64,000 bases of DNA from Candidatus Marinacidobacterales bacterium (GCA_965224085.1 CBDCYI010000004.1:1856001-1920000), one strand, 5' to 3'. Counted from the stretch's first letter, positions 39,755 to 50,051 are shown. The notes: generated by a model not told the origin, from the sequence alone. Program-made: numbers and translations.

Positions 39755-39808
39755 TTGAGCGATATTGAGCGATATTGAGCGATGTCGAGCAATATCGAGC
39801 GATATCGC
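39755..39808. repeat. Intergenic tandem repeat, five 10-bp units T(T/C)GAGC(G/A)AT(A/G)
   Basis: TTGAGCGATA TTGAGCGATA TTGAGCGATG TCGAGCAATA TCGAGCGATA. Confidence 0.9.
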
Positions 39809-39823
39809 GTCCGCCGACCGCCT

Positions 39824-40375
39824 TCAGTCTTCGAGAAGCGCTTCAGCGTCGATGGTGATGAAAACGTCATTGCCGACGACGACGCCGCCATTCTCCAATT
39901 CCCCTTGCCAGCTGATATCGAAATCCTGGCGATTGATTTTGGTCGTGCCGGTGAAGCCGGCTCGAGTTTTGGGTCCCTTGTCTTCATTGCCGACCCAAAA
40001 CGGTGTCGGCCAGTGACCGAGGTAGTCCACGTCCATGACGATGGGACACGTGATCCCGCGGATCGTCAGCTCTCCGGCGGCCGTGTAGTCCGTCTTGCCG
40101 AACTGCTCGGTGAATCGACCTTTGAACGCAATCTTCGGATGATTCTCGACATCGAGGAAGTCGGCGGCTTTGAGATGGCCGTCTCGACCGTCGTCTCCTG
40201 TCCAGAGCCTGTCGGCATTCATCGTGACCTCGATGACGCCGCCGACGGGACTGTCCAAATCGAGCTCGAGCGTCCCTTTCACCGCTGGAATAATGCCGCG
40301 AACCCAAGTCACCATCATGTGCCGCACCCGAAATTCGGCGGCCGTATGTCCAGGTTCAAATATCCATTTTGCCAT
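39824..40375 (-). CDS. YceI-family protein
   Basis: WIFEPGHTAAEFRVRHMMVTWVRG, RDGHLKAADFLDVENHP, GELTIRGIT, INRQDFDISW. Confidence 0.92.
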   Translation of the reverse strand: MAKWIFEPGHTAAEFRVRHMMVTWVRGIIPAVKGTLELDLDSPVGGVIEVTMNADRLWTGDDGRDGHLKAADFLDVENHPKIAFKGRFTEQFGKTDYTAAGELTIRGITCPIVMDVDYLGHWPTPFWVGNEDKGPKTRAGFTGTTKINRQDFDISWQGELENGGVVVGNDVFITIDAEALLED

Positions 40376-40422
40376 CTCCGCACTCCTCCGTTCTGTGTTT
40401 TGCGAGCGTCGTGAAATGCTCG

Positions 40423-41094
40423 CTACGATACGTTGAGCTTCATCCACGCTTCGCTCGATCGAGCCTGGTGCTCAACGCCTCTCTGCTTTTCCGCGAGCTT
40501 TTCCTGCGCACGGCGCAGTGAGCTACCGATCATCGAATGGACCAGCGGCTCGCCTTCGCTCATCCCCACTTGCGCCAAGAGGTCACGCGTCGAGCTCCCG
40601 AGGACTTTGTTGAGCCATGGTTCATCCAGACCGACGTAGCAGAAAAACTTGCTCGCCGGCGGCAAGATCGCGTGGAGATTGAGCACGTGATCGTCCCGAT
40701 ACGGAAGCGGAAAGTGCTCCGCCAGATGAACGTGGCAGGCTCGCTCAGAGGCCGCGTCCGAGCGAAGCGTTTGTTCGCGTCCTCGCTTGACCTCCTCGGG
40801 AATCTCGTCGGAAGCGAGAAGCGCGGCCGAAGAGCCGACCCGAGCATACAAGTTCTCGAGCCATTCCGTGCCGGGTCTTTGCAGAAGCTGACAGTCCGAG
40901 CCGGCCTGCTCGAGCCGGGACTGAAGGTGTTCGCCGGTGTCGGGAAAGTGATAGATGACGAGGCAGTCGACGGTATCGTCGCTTCGATCCGCGACCGCCT
41001 GACGCGTCAAATCCTCGAGCTTGAGCTCCTGAGAGAGCCACGCTCGGTCCTCGAAGGACGGCTTCTTGCTGAACAAGCGATTCAGAAAACCCAT
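40423..41094 (-). CDS. Hypothetical protein resembling the SecA NBD2 C-terminal segment
   Basis: FFCYVGLDEPWLNKVLGSSTRDLLAQVGMSEGEPLVHSMIGSSLRRAQEKL parallels the SecA pattern FYLSxEDxLMRIF...LGMxxGExIEH...I.xAQxKVE. Confidence 0.6.
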   Translation of the reverse strand: MGFLNRLFSKKPSFEDRAWLSQELKLEDLTRQAVADRSDDTVDCLVIYHFPDTGEHLQSRLEQAGSDCQLLQRPGTEWLENLYARVGSSAALLASDEIPEEVKRGREQTLRSDAASERACHVHLAEHFPLPYRDDHVLNLHAILPPASKFFCYVGLDEPWLNKVLGSSTRDLLAQVGMSEGEPLVHSMIGSSLRRAQEKLAEKQRGVEHQARSSEAWMKLNVS

Positions 41095-41515
41095 GACAAC
41101 GAGCCTTTCGTTGAACGCCCGAAGTGTACTCGGTCGCCGAATCGCGAGCAATTCACGACGCGCCCAGCCCTGCTATCCGCGAAGGACCGCGTCCCAGTGC
41201 TCGTATAGAAGCGATGCTCGAACCGTACGAGCGCCCTCGAACAGGCCGCTGCTGGAGCATGAATCCCGTCCAACATCGCCCAACGCCAAGCGAGGTCGAG
41301 CAGATCTTCGCTCATCATTAACAAACTGATTCCTCCTCGGCAAAATCTGTGGATCATCTCTGGACGTCGAAGCACCCGGAGACGAAGCGTTGATACCTGG
41401 CCAGCCATTGCAGCAACACGATGACCACGCCGGGCCATAGTCGGAGCGGCTTGTGTCGAGTCGGCTCGTCGATCGGTTGTTTTCTTGCTTCTATCGTTAA
41501 AATCCGATACCTCGG

Positions 41516-44307
41516 CTATTCCTCCCGGAGAGCCTGTACGGGATCGATCTCCGACACGCGCCAAGCGGGAACTGCGGAAGCGATAAGCGCAACGAGCGTG
41601 AGCAGAAGAGCGACGAGGCCGAGCGTGCCGATGTCGGTGGGTGCCACGTCATGCAGCAGTCCGGAGATGAGCTGGCCGAGAAAGAGCGAGGCCGCAAGCC
41701 CGATGGCGAGACCGAAAAGCGCCAGTTGCGCGCCTTCTTTCAGGACGACGCGCATGAGGAGGGACCGATCGGCGCCGTCCCGAACTCGTGTGTCCGCTGG
41801 CTGACCCCGAACGCGAGCACGCCGGCGACACCGACCGCCGCCACGGTGAGCGCGAGGAACGCAAACACGCCAACGAGCGCGGCATTCAGCCTCTGTGCCG
41901 AGATCGATTCCGAACGGATCTCGGCGAGCGTCGCGATGTCTTCGATCGGCTGCTCGGGATTGAGCTCGCGAATCTGACTCATGATCGGCCGTATGACCGC
42001 ATCCGGCTGAGGGGTCCGAACGAAGAGTGAGCTGACGATTGCGAACTGGGTGAACGGGTTGAAAACCACATGCGGCACGTCCTCGGCCACACCGTATTCC
42101 TTGGCGTTGGAGACGACGCCCACGATCGTCCGGTAGTCGCCAGGGATGTATTGAAGCATTTCGCTTCTCCAGCCGATGCGCTGTCCCACCGCCTCGCGGT
42201 CTGGAAAGTAGTGATCGGCCAAGGCCTTGTTGACGACGACGACCTTTGCAGCATCCGGCTCGTCGGCCGCGTTGAAGGAACGACCCTCGATAAGCGTCAT
42301 GCCGAGTGTTCGGAAGTAGTCGGCGCCGACGGCGCGAAGTTCGGCTCTCGGCGGTGGAGCCCCCGGCTCGGTCGGCCGCCCTTCGATCTCGAACTGAAGC
42401 GTGGCTAGCGCGGCCAAAGCGCCCTTGGGCGTTCCCTTCAAAGGAATCATGCTCCCCACCGCCGCGGAGCGCACGCCGGGTAAAGCGGTGACACGTTCTA
42501 CCATGGTCTGGAAGTACGTGCGCAGCTCGGCCGACGTCCGCGCGCCGAAGTCGATGGGAACCTTCATCGTCAGCACTTCTTCGAGAGCAACACCGCCGTC
42601 ATCTTCTTGAAGGTTCTTCAACGACTCGAGCAAGAGCCCGGCGCCAACGAGAAGCACGAAGCTCACGCCGACCTGCGAGACGACGAGGAGCCGCTGCATG
42701 CGCCGACCCGACCCGCCCGCGGTCGCGCGCGTACCGGACAGCCAGGAATGGCTTCGGGAAACCGTCCCGGGTAATCGCGGCAGGAGAGCGAAGAGACATG
42801 CGGACGCCAATGCGACTCCGAGTGCGACGGAAAGCACGGTGGTGTCGACGGTGATCTCGGACGCCCGTGCGGAATAGCGGGCGATGTACGCCGCCAGTAA
42901 GTCGACACCGGCGACCGTGAGCAACACACCGAGCGCGGCGCCCGCAATCGAAGGGACAACGTTCTCGATGAGCAACTGGCGCCGGATCGTCCGGGTCTTC
43001 GCACCCAGCGAGACACGAAGCGCCCATTCGTCCCAACGGCGCATCACGCGAGCCAGCGTCAGGTTGGCCACGTTCGCACAGGCGATCGCGAGGACGAAGG
43101 CGGCAACGCCGAGCAGCATGAACATCGTGGTTCGCGCCTCGGCGGCGAGCTGATCGCGCAGAAGGACGAGCGACACCTGATAGCCGTAAACCGCACCGTA
43201 GGCCTCGGGATGCTCGTCGTGCAGGCGGCGAGTAATCGCGTCGACCTCCGCATGTGCCGATGCCAAGCTAGCGTCCGGTGCGAGGCGTGCGAACACCTCC
43301 GTCATTCGGTGGACCCGATCGTGGGTCATGCTCGCGTCCAGGTGGTGCGGGCTTGCGACCATGTTGACGTAGATGTCCGTCTCCGCGGGATACGGAGGTG
43401 CGGGCTCCGCTACGCCGACGATCTCGACGCTCCGGCCGTTCATCGTCACCGTCCGACCGACCACGTCCGGGTCCGCGCCAAAATGGCGATGCCAGTAGTC
43501 GTAGGTAAGCACGGCTACGGGAGGTGCGGCTTCTCCGTCCTCACTGTTCGAAATGACCCGCCCAACGCGGGCACCGAGTCCCATCACTTCGAAGTAGTTC
43601 CCCGTCACGATCCCGGCACGCACGATTCTCGGCTCGTCGAGTCCGAGAATGCTGAACGGCATGGAGGAGAACTCCGCGACGCCATCGAGACTGGGACTCT
43701 GCTGCCGGTAGTCGTCGATCTCGGGGACGGAAAAGAGTGCGTTTTTGATCCCCGCGAGGCTCGCGGAATGACGCAGGTAGACGATACGATCGCCGTCGCG
43801 GTATGGGAGAGGGCGGAGCCAGACCCCGTGGATTACGCTGAAGATCGCGGTGTTGGCGCCGATACCGAGGCCCAGCGTTAGCACGAAGGCGATGACATAG
43901 GCCGGGCTTCGCACGAGCCCGCGGAAAGCAACGCGCAGATCCGAGAACCATCGAGTCAAGCTGGACAGGACAGACAACGCCGCCCTCGTCTCTGGTAAAT
44001 GCAAGCCGAGCAGACGGCGCCACGCCGGAACGTCCGCATGAGGATCGATGAAGCTCGGCGCTTTGAGAGCACCGTAGGCACGAGCCACGCGCGAGGCGGT
44101 CCCGAACTGGGAAAGGGCCGTGGTGGTCGCTGCCTCGTTGGTGGCGCCCTCGTCGATGAGCTCCGCAATCGCGTCCTCGAGATGCGCGTCGGTCTCCTCG
44201 AGGATCCGCTCGATACCGGGGTGGCTCGCCACGACACGAAACTGCGCGGCGAGCTCCTTTCCGAGCGCGAGACGGAATGCTTGAAGCATCCGGGACGATG
44301 AGCTCAT
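41516..44307 (-). pseudogene. ADOP/MacB-like duplicated ABC permease with a small frameshifting deletion near 41780
   Basis: LGLGIGANTAIFSV, LAIACANVANL, QVGVSFVLLVGAGLL, VSQRTHEFG / GADRSLLMRVVLKEGAQL...IDPVQALREE; the usual IRxAL is missing. Confidence 0.88.
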
Positions 44308-44624
44308 ACCGTATCCAGAACCGATTCAACCGCCTGTGCGAAGCTTCCCCACAGAAGACGCTCCTGCGCCAGCGCTTCTTTTCCGGCCGGGGTCAGGTCG
44401 TAGACGCGGCGGCGGCGTCCGCCGACCGTGGCCCACGAGCTCGCCAGAAGCTTCTTCGATTCGAGCCTGTGAAGGGCGGGGTAGAGCGTTCCCTCAGGAA
44501 GATCCAGGACCCCATCGCTCGCTTCCGCGAGACGGCGGGCGATGTGGTAGCCGTGGGCGGCGCCGGCGCCGACCACCGCAAGCAGCAGGAGATTCAGGTG
44601 TCCTTTCAACGTTTCTCTCTTCAT
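44304..44624 (-). CDS. PadR-family regulator
   Basis: LKGHLNLLLLAVV...HGYHI...EGTLYPALHRLE...RRRRVYDLT; ATGA overlap with the permease; GGAGG RBS. Confidence 0.93.
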   Translation of the reverse strand: MKRETLKGHLNLLLLAVVGAGAAHGYHIARRLAEASDGVLDLPEGTLYPALHRLESKKLLASSWATVGGRRRRVYDLTPAGKEALAQERLLWGSFAQAVESVLDTV

Positions 44625-44634
44625 ACCTCCGGAT

Positions 44635-44662
44635 ACTACACCTCGGTATACGATGTATACAA
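44635..44662 (-). promoter_or_regulatory. Possible PadR operator
   Basis: Imperfect palindrome TACATCG-TATAC-CGAGGTGTA, with two GTATAC sites, immediately upstream of the RBS. Confidence 0.4.
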
Positions 44663-44928
44663 GGGTAAAGTTCCCGTTCTCCTCGCCGCCCAGCCGCATC
44701 AGCGCGGCCGTAGGCAAGCACTTCACGGGGTAGGCGCCCATCGCTCGATCTCGTCGAACCCATTCCACACTTGAGAGCACGGAGCATGGCGGCGGCGCTT
44801 GCCTTTTCCGTTCCCTGATCTCGAGCGGAAGCTCCCCTTGTGACGGGCAAGGAGGGCGCGTAAGTCTCTTAATTCGAGCGCGGACGGATATTGGCGAAGG
44901 TTTGGGCGACAGCAACGCTCACGACTAT

Positions 44929-45396
44929 TCATCGGCTCGCCTTACCGGTGAGCAGGCTGACGGATGCGTAAACGACGAGCGCCGGGACCAAACCGATAAC
45001 GTAGTGGTAGGGGATGTCGATCACTTTCAGCGTGCTCAACGACACGAATCCCACGCCGACGACAAACGAGGCCCAAGCCCCCTGTTCGGTTCCTTTTTTC
45101 CACACCAACCCGCCAACCACGGGTATGAGTCCGCCACAAACTTTGATCGCGTAAGAAAGAAGGAACAGATCGATAATCCTTGGGACGAGGTACGTGACCC
45201 CGAGCGCGCTGAGCCCAATGAGGACGCTGGCTATCGTCGCGATCCTCAGGAGCTCCTTGTCGGTGGCATCCGGCCGGAGGATTTGTTGATAAATGTCCCG
45301 AACGACGTTGGCAACTCCGGAGAGCAGCACGCTGTCCGCCGTGGACATGATGGCGGCCAGAATCGCGGCGATGAAGATCGCCGCCACGACGGGAGG
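44929..45396 (-). pseudogene. SSS-family symporter, C-terminal fragment
   Basis: AAILAAIMSTADSVLL...RDIYQ; N-terminal two thirds replaced by IS91-like sequence. Confidence 0.8.
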
Positions 45397-46090
45397 GAGC
45401 TCCTTCTGTCGTGGAGAAGGAGTGGCTTCAGCATCGACGATTCCGTCCGTATCCCCGCAGGGGGAGAGAAAAACTCTCGAACACGTCGCCCGTTACATGC
45501 TCCGTTCTCCGGTGAGCCTTTCCAGAATGCGATGGACCCCGGGCTCTCCTCATGTTCTCTACGCCCCCAAATCCTCTCACGACGACCCGATGGAGCTTTT
45601 CCCGCGGTTGCTGAAGATCGACGCTCTCGAGTTTTTGGCGCGCGTCATCACACAGGTCCCAGAGCCGAAGCGACACTTGCTCTTCTACTACGGGCACTAC
45701 TCAAACGTGGCTCGAGGACGACGCCACAAAGCTCAACAGCCCGAGCAGGATATTTCTTCTCGAGTCGAGCGACAAGATAACGAACCGACCCTGAGCCCCG
45801 CCCGAAAGCAGGCTCTGCGCCGTCGCTGGGCAGATTTGATTAGAAGAGTTTTCGAGCTCGACCCCCTTGTGTGTCTATCACCCGACCAAGCCATCCGTTT
45901 GACACAACACCACTGCCGCTTCCGCAATACTCGTGTACCTCGCCGCCCTTATAACTCCCTCACCAACACCAGCCCATAACCATCGGGCCTCCCAATGACT
46001 GACTTCCGCTCCCCAACCCACGTGTTCCCATTCGCTAGCACAGTTTTTCGACACGGCACTCACCGACGTTGCGGTCAAAGTTCCTATTCC
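45397..46090 (+). mobile_element. IS91-like (Y2/rolling-circle) transposase fragment plus an oriIS-like end
   Basis: SWRRSGFSID / LEHVARYMLRSPVSL...LEFLARVITQVP...YYGHYSN...WADLIRRVFELDPLVC; terminal CAAAGTTCCTATTCC (46076-46090) resembles IS91/ISCR ori ends. Confidence 0.75.
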
Positions 46091-46092
46091 TA

Positions 46093-46260
46093 ACGGTCGG
46101 CTATATGTCTCCCGAACAGGCGAAGGGTGAGCCTGCGGACTTCCGGTCGGACCAGTTCTCCCTGGGAGCCATTCTGTACGAAATGGCCACCGGCCGCCTG
46201 GCGTTTTCGGGTGCAACAGCGGCCGACCGCCTGTCTGCAGTTCTGTGTGATGAACCTAAG
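46093..46260 (+). pseudogene. Ser/Thr protein kinase fragment (subdomains VIII-X)
   Basis: [12 protein letters not shown]...[17 protein letters not shown]. Confidence 0.85.
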
Positions 46261-46278
46261 TTCAGGCTCTTGAGTTAG

Positions 46279-46307
46279 TTGACATTGTATATACAATGCA
46301 ATATCGT
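46279..46307 (+). promoter_or_regulatory. brnTA promoter and operator
   Basis: TTGACA-N17-TATCGT with the perfect palindrome CATTGTATATACAATG (46283-46298). Confidence 0.8.
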
Positions 46308-46315
46308 TGATGTAG

Positions 46316-46597
46316 ATGGAATTTGAGTGGGATGAAAAGAAAAACCTCTCGAATTTCCGCAAGCATGGAATCTGGTTTGAAGAGGCTCAAACTATATGGG
46401 CAGACGAATCGAGTTCCGAGTTCTTTGATCCCGAGCACAGAGAGTCGGAAGCTCGGTTCATCCGAGTTGGCCACTCTAGCGTGCATCGCTTGTTGCTCGT
46501 GGTCTTTTGTGAGCGATCGGGTGGCGACATCATGCGCTTGATTTCAGCGCGGCGGGCTACAGAGAGCGAGAGACGGCAACATGAAGAAGGAATATGA
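46316..46597 (+). CDS. brnT: BrnT-family toxin
   Basis: MEFEWDEKKNLSNFRKHGIWFEEA...RLISARRAT..ERRQH. Confidence 0.95.
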   Translation: MEFEWDEKKNLSNFRKHGIWFEEAQTIWADESSSEFFDPEHRESEARFIRVGHSSVHRLLLVVFCERSGGDIMRLISARRATESERRQHEEGI

Positions 46598-46829
46598 TCT
46601 GAAGAAACTGAAGAAGAGACCGGGGAAGGTCAAAACCGATAAGGATGCGGTGAAGGTACCAGTCTCGATTCGACTGGATGGATCTGTATTGGCCGTAATA
46701 AAGACTGAAGCTGAGCGGTTAGGAGTTCCGTATCAGACCTTGATTGGGAGTATCCTTCATCGTTACGCGTCGAATGAATTGATCGACCGCCGAAATCTGA
46801 ACATGGTCAAGTCCATCAACGCATCTTGA
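46581..46829 (+). CDS. brnA: BrnA/CopG-like antitoxin
   Basis: MKKEYD...VSIRLDGSVL...GVPYQTLIGSILHRY; overlaps brnT. Confidence 0.88.
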   Translation: MKKEYDLKKLKKRPGKVKTDKDAVKVPVSIRLDGSVLAVIKTEAERLGVPYQTLIGSILHRYASNELIDRRNLNMVKSINAS

Positions 46830-46927
46830 ACAGTAAGCGTCACGCGAACGATTCGTTCCTGGACGGGTGGGCGACAGAGCATCGGTCGGCTCTCGGTTTG
46901 CTCACTCAAGTGACAGGAAGTGAGACG

Positions 46928-46953
46928 TGGTGGCGGGGGCGGGATTTGAACCC
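46928..46953 (-). other. 3'-end fragment of a tRNA-Met-like gene (att remnant)
   Basis: Minus strand GGGTTCAAATCCCGCCCCCGCCACCA: T-arm, acceptor strand and CCA only; no D or anticodon arm. Confidence 0.7.
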
Positions 46954-46974
46954 GATCCGGCCACTTTTCTAACT

Positions 46975-47725
46975 AACCGACCACGCCCATAGGGCGTGGG
47001 TTTAGGAAGGCCCCCCCGAGGGGGCCGATGACGTTGGGAAGGCCCCGTTGGGGCCGTCTCTCGTTATAACTCAGGTCGAGATCACCTTGGCGAGACTCAA
47101 GCTTTTCTTGCTCCCGGATGTACTTTCTTATTCGCTCCTCGTCAAGGCCAACCGTACTCACACAGTACCCCTTCGCCCAAAAATGCAAGCCCGTCATACG
47201 ACGTTCTTTCTCGGTGGAGCAATTCTCGATCGTGGATGCGTACCGGACTCTTACTCCTTTGCTCACAAAGAAAACGCCGATCGTGTGAGATACGTGCTGT
47301 ACTTGGGAGGGATGCTTCATACACAGGTGGATGTGGTCCGCGTTGCGCGTTGCCTTCTATCAGTTCTACTCGAGTCCTCTCTGTCCTTCCCTTCACATCG
47401 CCGCGTTTAGATTCTCGAAGAATTCGAAAAAGCCCCACGTGTGTGGGAACGACGCCGAAGAGTGACCGGATATAACACCCTTTCTACGATACTTGGGGTG
47501 ATCACCACGAAATACCCGTCGACGAGCTTGCATTCCCATCGCCCCACTCTGCGACAGGCTTTTCTTCATTCGTGCATCTGCAGGTTCTCCTGGTTCGGAG
47601 GCCTATCGAAGATGTGGGTACGTTTTCCCGCACCTCGTAGGCTCGGAACCTTACGAAACACATCGTCAGCAATCCGGATCGATCGAATCTCTTCGTCACG
47701 CCGCCAGAGGCGGCGAACTCCATTT
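46975..47725 (-). mobile_element. tnpA: IS200-like element (Y1 TnpA); 5' half of the gene scrambled
   Basis: HFWAKGYCVSTVGLDEERIRKYIREQEK; DHIHL and PKYR remnants; end hairpins CCACGCCC-ATA-GGGCGTGG (46981-46999), GGCCCC../..GGGGCC x2 and CGCCGCCAGAGGCGGCG near 47700. Confidence 0.85.
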
Positions 47726-47781
47726 AGGATTTGAAAGAAGGCACTAATTGATGGCGCGCGACTTTCGTCACTAAGTGGTTC

Positions 47782-47921
47782 GTGGCCAACGCCTTCGGCT
47801 CGAATCGAGTCCTCTCCAGTCCTCTGGAGTCCTTCCCTTCGGCACCAATTGATCGCCGTTCGTTTAGATTCAGTCGTTTTAGCGGTGTAACCCTCGAAAA
47901 AGCCAACGTGTGGCCAACATT
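47782..47921 (+). mobile_element. Second att-like remnant (CCCTTCGGCACCA core flanked by GCCAAC repeats)
   Basis: Aligns by eye, inverted, with 11890-11980 and 12085-12103. Confidence 0.6.
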
Positions 47922-48685
47922 ATTTCAATCGTGTGTGGGAACGAGCCGCTTGCCAGCTACTTGGTCGCGAGTTCGGCACAGAATGACTCGGAGCAGTCGT
48001 TCCGTTGCTGATAGCGACTCCCTCCCAGCTCGACTTTTCTTCCCGAACGCGGTCTTTGGCCTCACCAACGAACGCGAACTTCAGGCTTTGATGTGCTGCT
48101 AGGGTCGACTTCGACGGGCTCGGCTCTAATGCCGAGCTGGCAAAACGTGCGATCTTCGAGTCTGGTGAAACGCCAGCTCCCGATGGTCGGGAGCTTGGCC
48201 CGGAGAAGCGCGCTCAAGTCGAGCACGAGAAATACCCTGCTGGGGTGACGAGCTTCTTGCAAACAGTGACCTTGGGCATCCCTACGTCTGGCCCGGCCCA
48301 TTATGGATCGTAATAGGTGCCCTCTGGCGCGCGATACAAAGACACTCCCTCAGCGCTGGCCCGAGATCTTCATTACAGCCCGATCAGGTGCATCTGAACG
48401 GGTACTAGCTAGGGGATACCTTCGACGCAGTGCATGGTACGAGCTTCTGATGCGCTATGACCGCGGGGAGCTCGAGCGCAGCCTCGAAAGCGCTTGGGGT
48501 AATGACAGGCGCGAGAGCATGTATCTGAAGGAGAAATCCACGCAGCAGTAGCGCGCCCCTCACTCGAGCGTTCCGGGGAAGTGCGGGAACCGTCGGGTAC
48601 TGCTTGCGCAGGTGACGCGGGGACAATTGCTAACCTTGCTGATTTTGTATATAGTTGCCGCTACATCGTGAGGGGGGGCGCGAAT

Positions 48686-49801
48686 GTGGTAGAAAAGCTC
48701 AGCCGTTTAACCGTTGCGGGAACCTGCGCGCTTTTTCTGGTTAGCTGGCCTCACGGCGCGCTGGACGCCGCGATGCCCGAGTTACTTCTGTTCGGCGGCA
48801 GCGGTCATGAGGACTTTCTCGGGTGTTTGACTTGCGGAGAAATCGAGACCCGCTCGGTTTGGAATCCCGTTGGCCATTACGGGTCTTATTCGAGCAGCAA
48901 GTCAGTATGGAATGCATTCAGCCAATACGGCGATGAATCCAACCCCTTGAGCCCTTGGAACGAGTTCTCGGAAAGTGCACCCGCAGTAACCGATCGAGAC
49001 GGTCGATTCTACGGCTATTTCTCGGTGAACGAAGGCCATCCAGAGCGCACGCAGGTCGAGTTCCTTGTCCTGATTCTCGATAACGACGAGTGGGTCAGAG
49101 ACAACTTGGATAAAGTCCGGGCCGCGATGGCGTCGAATCGGACCACTCGACCACTGGGCCAGGAGCCGGATGCCCGGGGGCCGTTTCTCTCGAAGTGGGC
49201 GTACGCGTACAAAAAGTTGAAGGACGTCTCTCGTCCCGCGGCGGTTCCAAAAGCCGCCTCCGAGGATTCGACAACGGCGGCGGAGAACACCATTCCTGCG
49301 CCCATTGCGGAAAATTTACGGCGTAACTCCTACATCGGGAACTTTAGTCGCCCAGCCTCGTTCGCGATCTCTCTCGCCGAGCAGGCGGACCGTTACAAAA
49401 GGTCGACGGACGGACGCGTGCCGGCCCAGAAAGCCAGACCAGGAGATTCGGGGACGGCAAAGCGAAACGACCCTACTAGCAGTTTAACCATTGAAGGTGT
49501 CGTGATTGCAGAAAAGCTACGCCGCAGCTCCTATTTTGGGAATTTCAGTCCCCAACTCCCGTTCGCCGTCGTGTCCGATCGAAGCGATAGTCCAAAGGCT
49601 GCGGTTCAGGATCGCGCGGGACCGTTCGTCATGCTCAAGGATGGCAGCCGACTAGATGGCGCGCTTCAGAAGTATGAAAACGGTCTCGCATACGTCTTGG
49701 TATGGAATCGGAGGGGGACGAAGCTAATACTGGCCACAATCCCTCGAAGCCAGATTCATGAAGCGGGCACGGCTGAGGCCCAACAACTCCATCGGCGCTA
49801 G
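48686..49801 (+). CDS. Secreted hypothetical protein with an internal duplication
   Basis: Signal-like N-terminus; FLGCLTC...SVWNPVGHYGS..SSKSVWN...SPWN domain; repeat IAExLRRxSYxGNFS x2. Confidence 0.6.
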   Translation: MVEKLSRLTVAGTCALFLVSWPHGALDAAMPELLLFGGSGHEDFLGCLTCGEIETRSVWNPVGHYGSYSSSKSVWNAFSQYGDESNPLSPWNEFSESAPAVTDRDGRFYGYFSVNEGHPERTQVEFLVLILDNDEWVRDNLDKVRAAMASNRTTRPLGQEPDARGPFLSKWAYAYKKLKDVSRPAAVPKAASEDSTTAAENTIPAPIAENLRRNSYIGNFSRPASFAISLAEQADRYKRSTDGRVPAQKARPGDSGTAKRNDPTSSLTIEGVVIAEKLRRSSYFGNFSPQLPFAVVSDRSDSPKAAVQDRAGPFVMLKDGSRLDGALQKYENGLAYVLVWNRRGTKLILATIPRSQIHEAGTAEAQQLHRR

Positions 49802-50051
49802 TCCTGGTTTCCGCTTTCGCTCGATCGCAAGCGCCGGACCCGGGCGACTCGTGGCATCGAACCGGTCAAGTTGACGTGGCGCGTCATTTTTCTTGTGCTG
49901 CGTCGTGCCGGGGATTACCGATTGGCATGACGCGGCGCCTGGTAGCTTCTCAGCTTTTCGGCGACCGAACGTCGAGACACGTCGCCTTTACCTTTCAACA
50001 GCTGGCGCGCGTTGCAAAAGTCCATCGACCCAGTCGAGGTGGCTTTGCGCT

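Noticed and set aside
39755-39808. CRISPR array (also considered for 53740-53945)
   Set aside because: Units are short and contiguous with no spacers, and there are no cas genes. The second is a coding Pro-rich linker.
41210-41320. RCWSMNP..RPTPSEV as a kinase C-lobe remnant
   Set aside because: Too short and unsupported by other kinase motifs.
47950-48600. Short ORFs (79-106 aa) right of the att-like remnant
   Set aside because: No recognisable motifs, RBS or consistent strand, so left uncalled.
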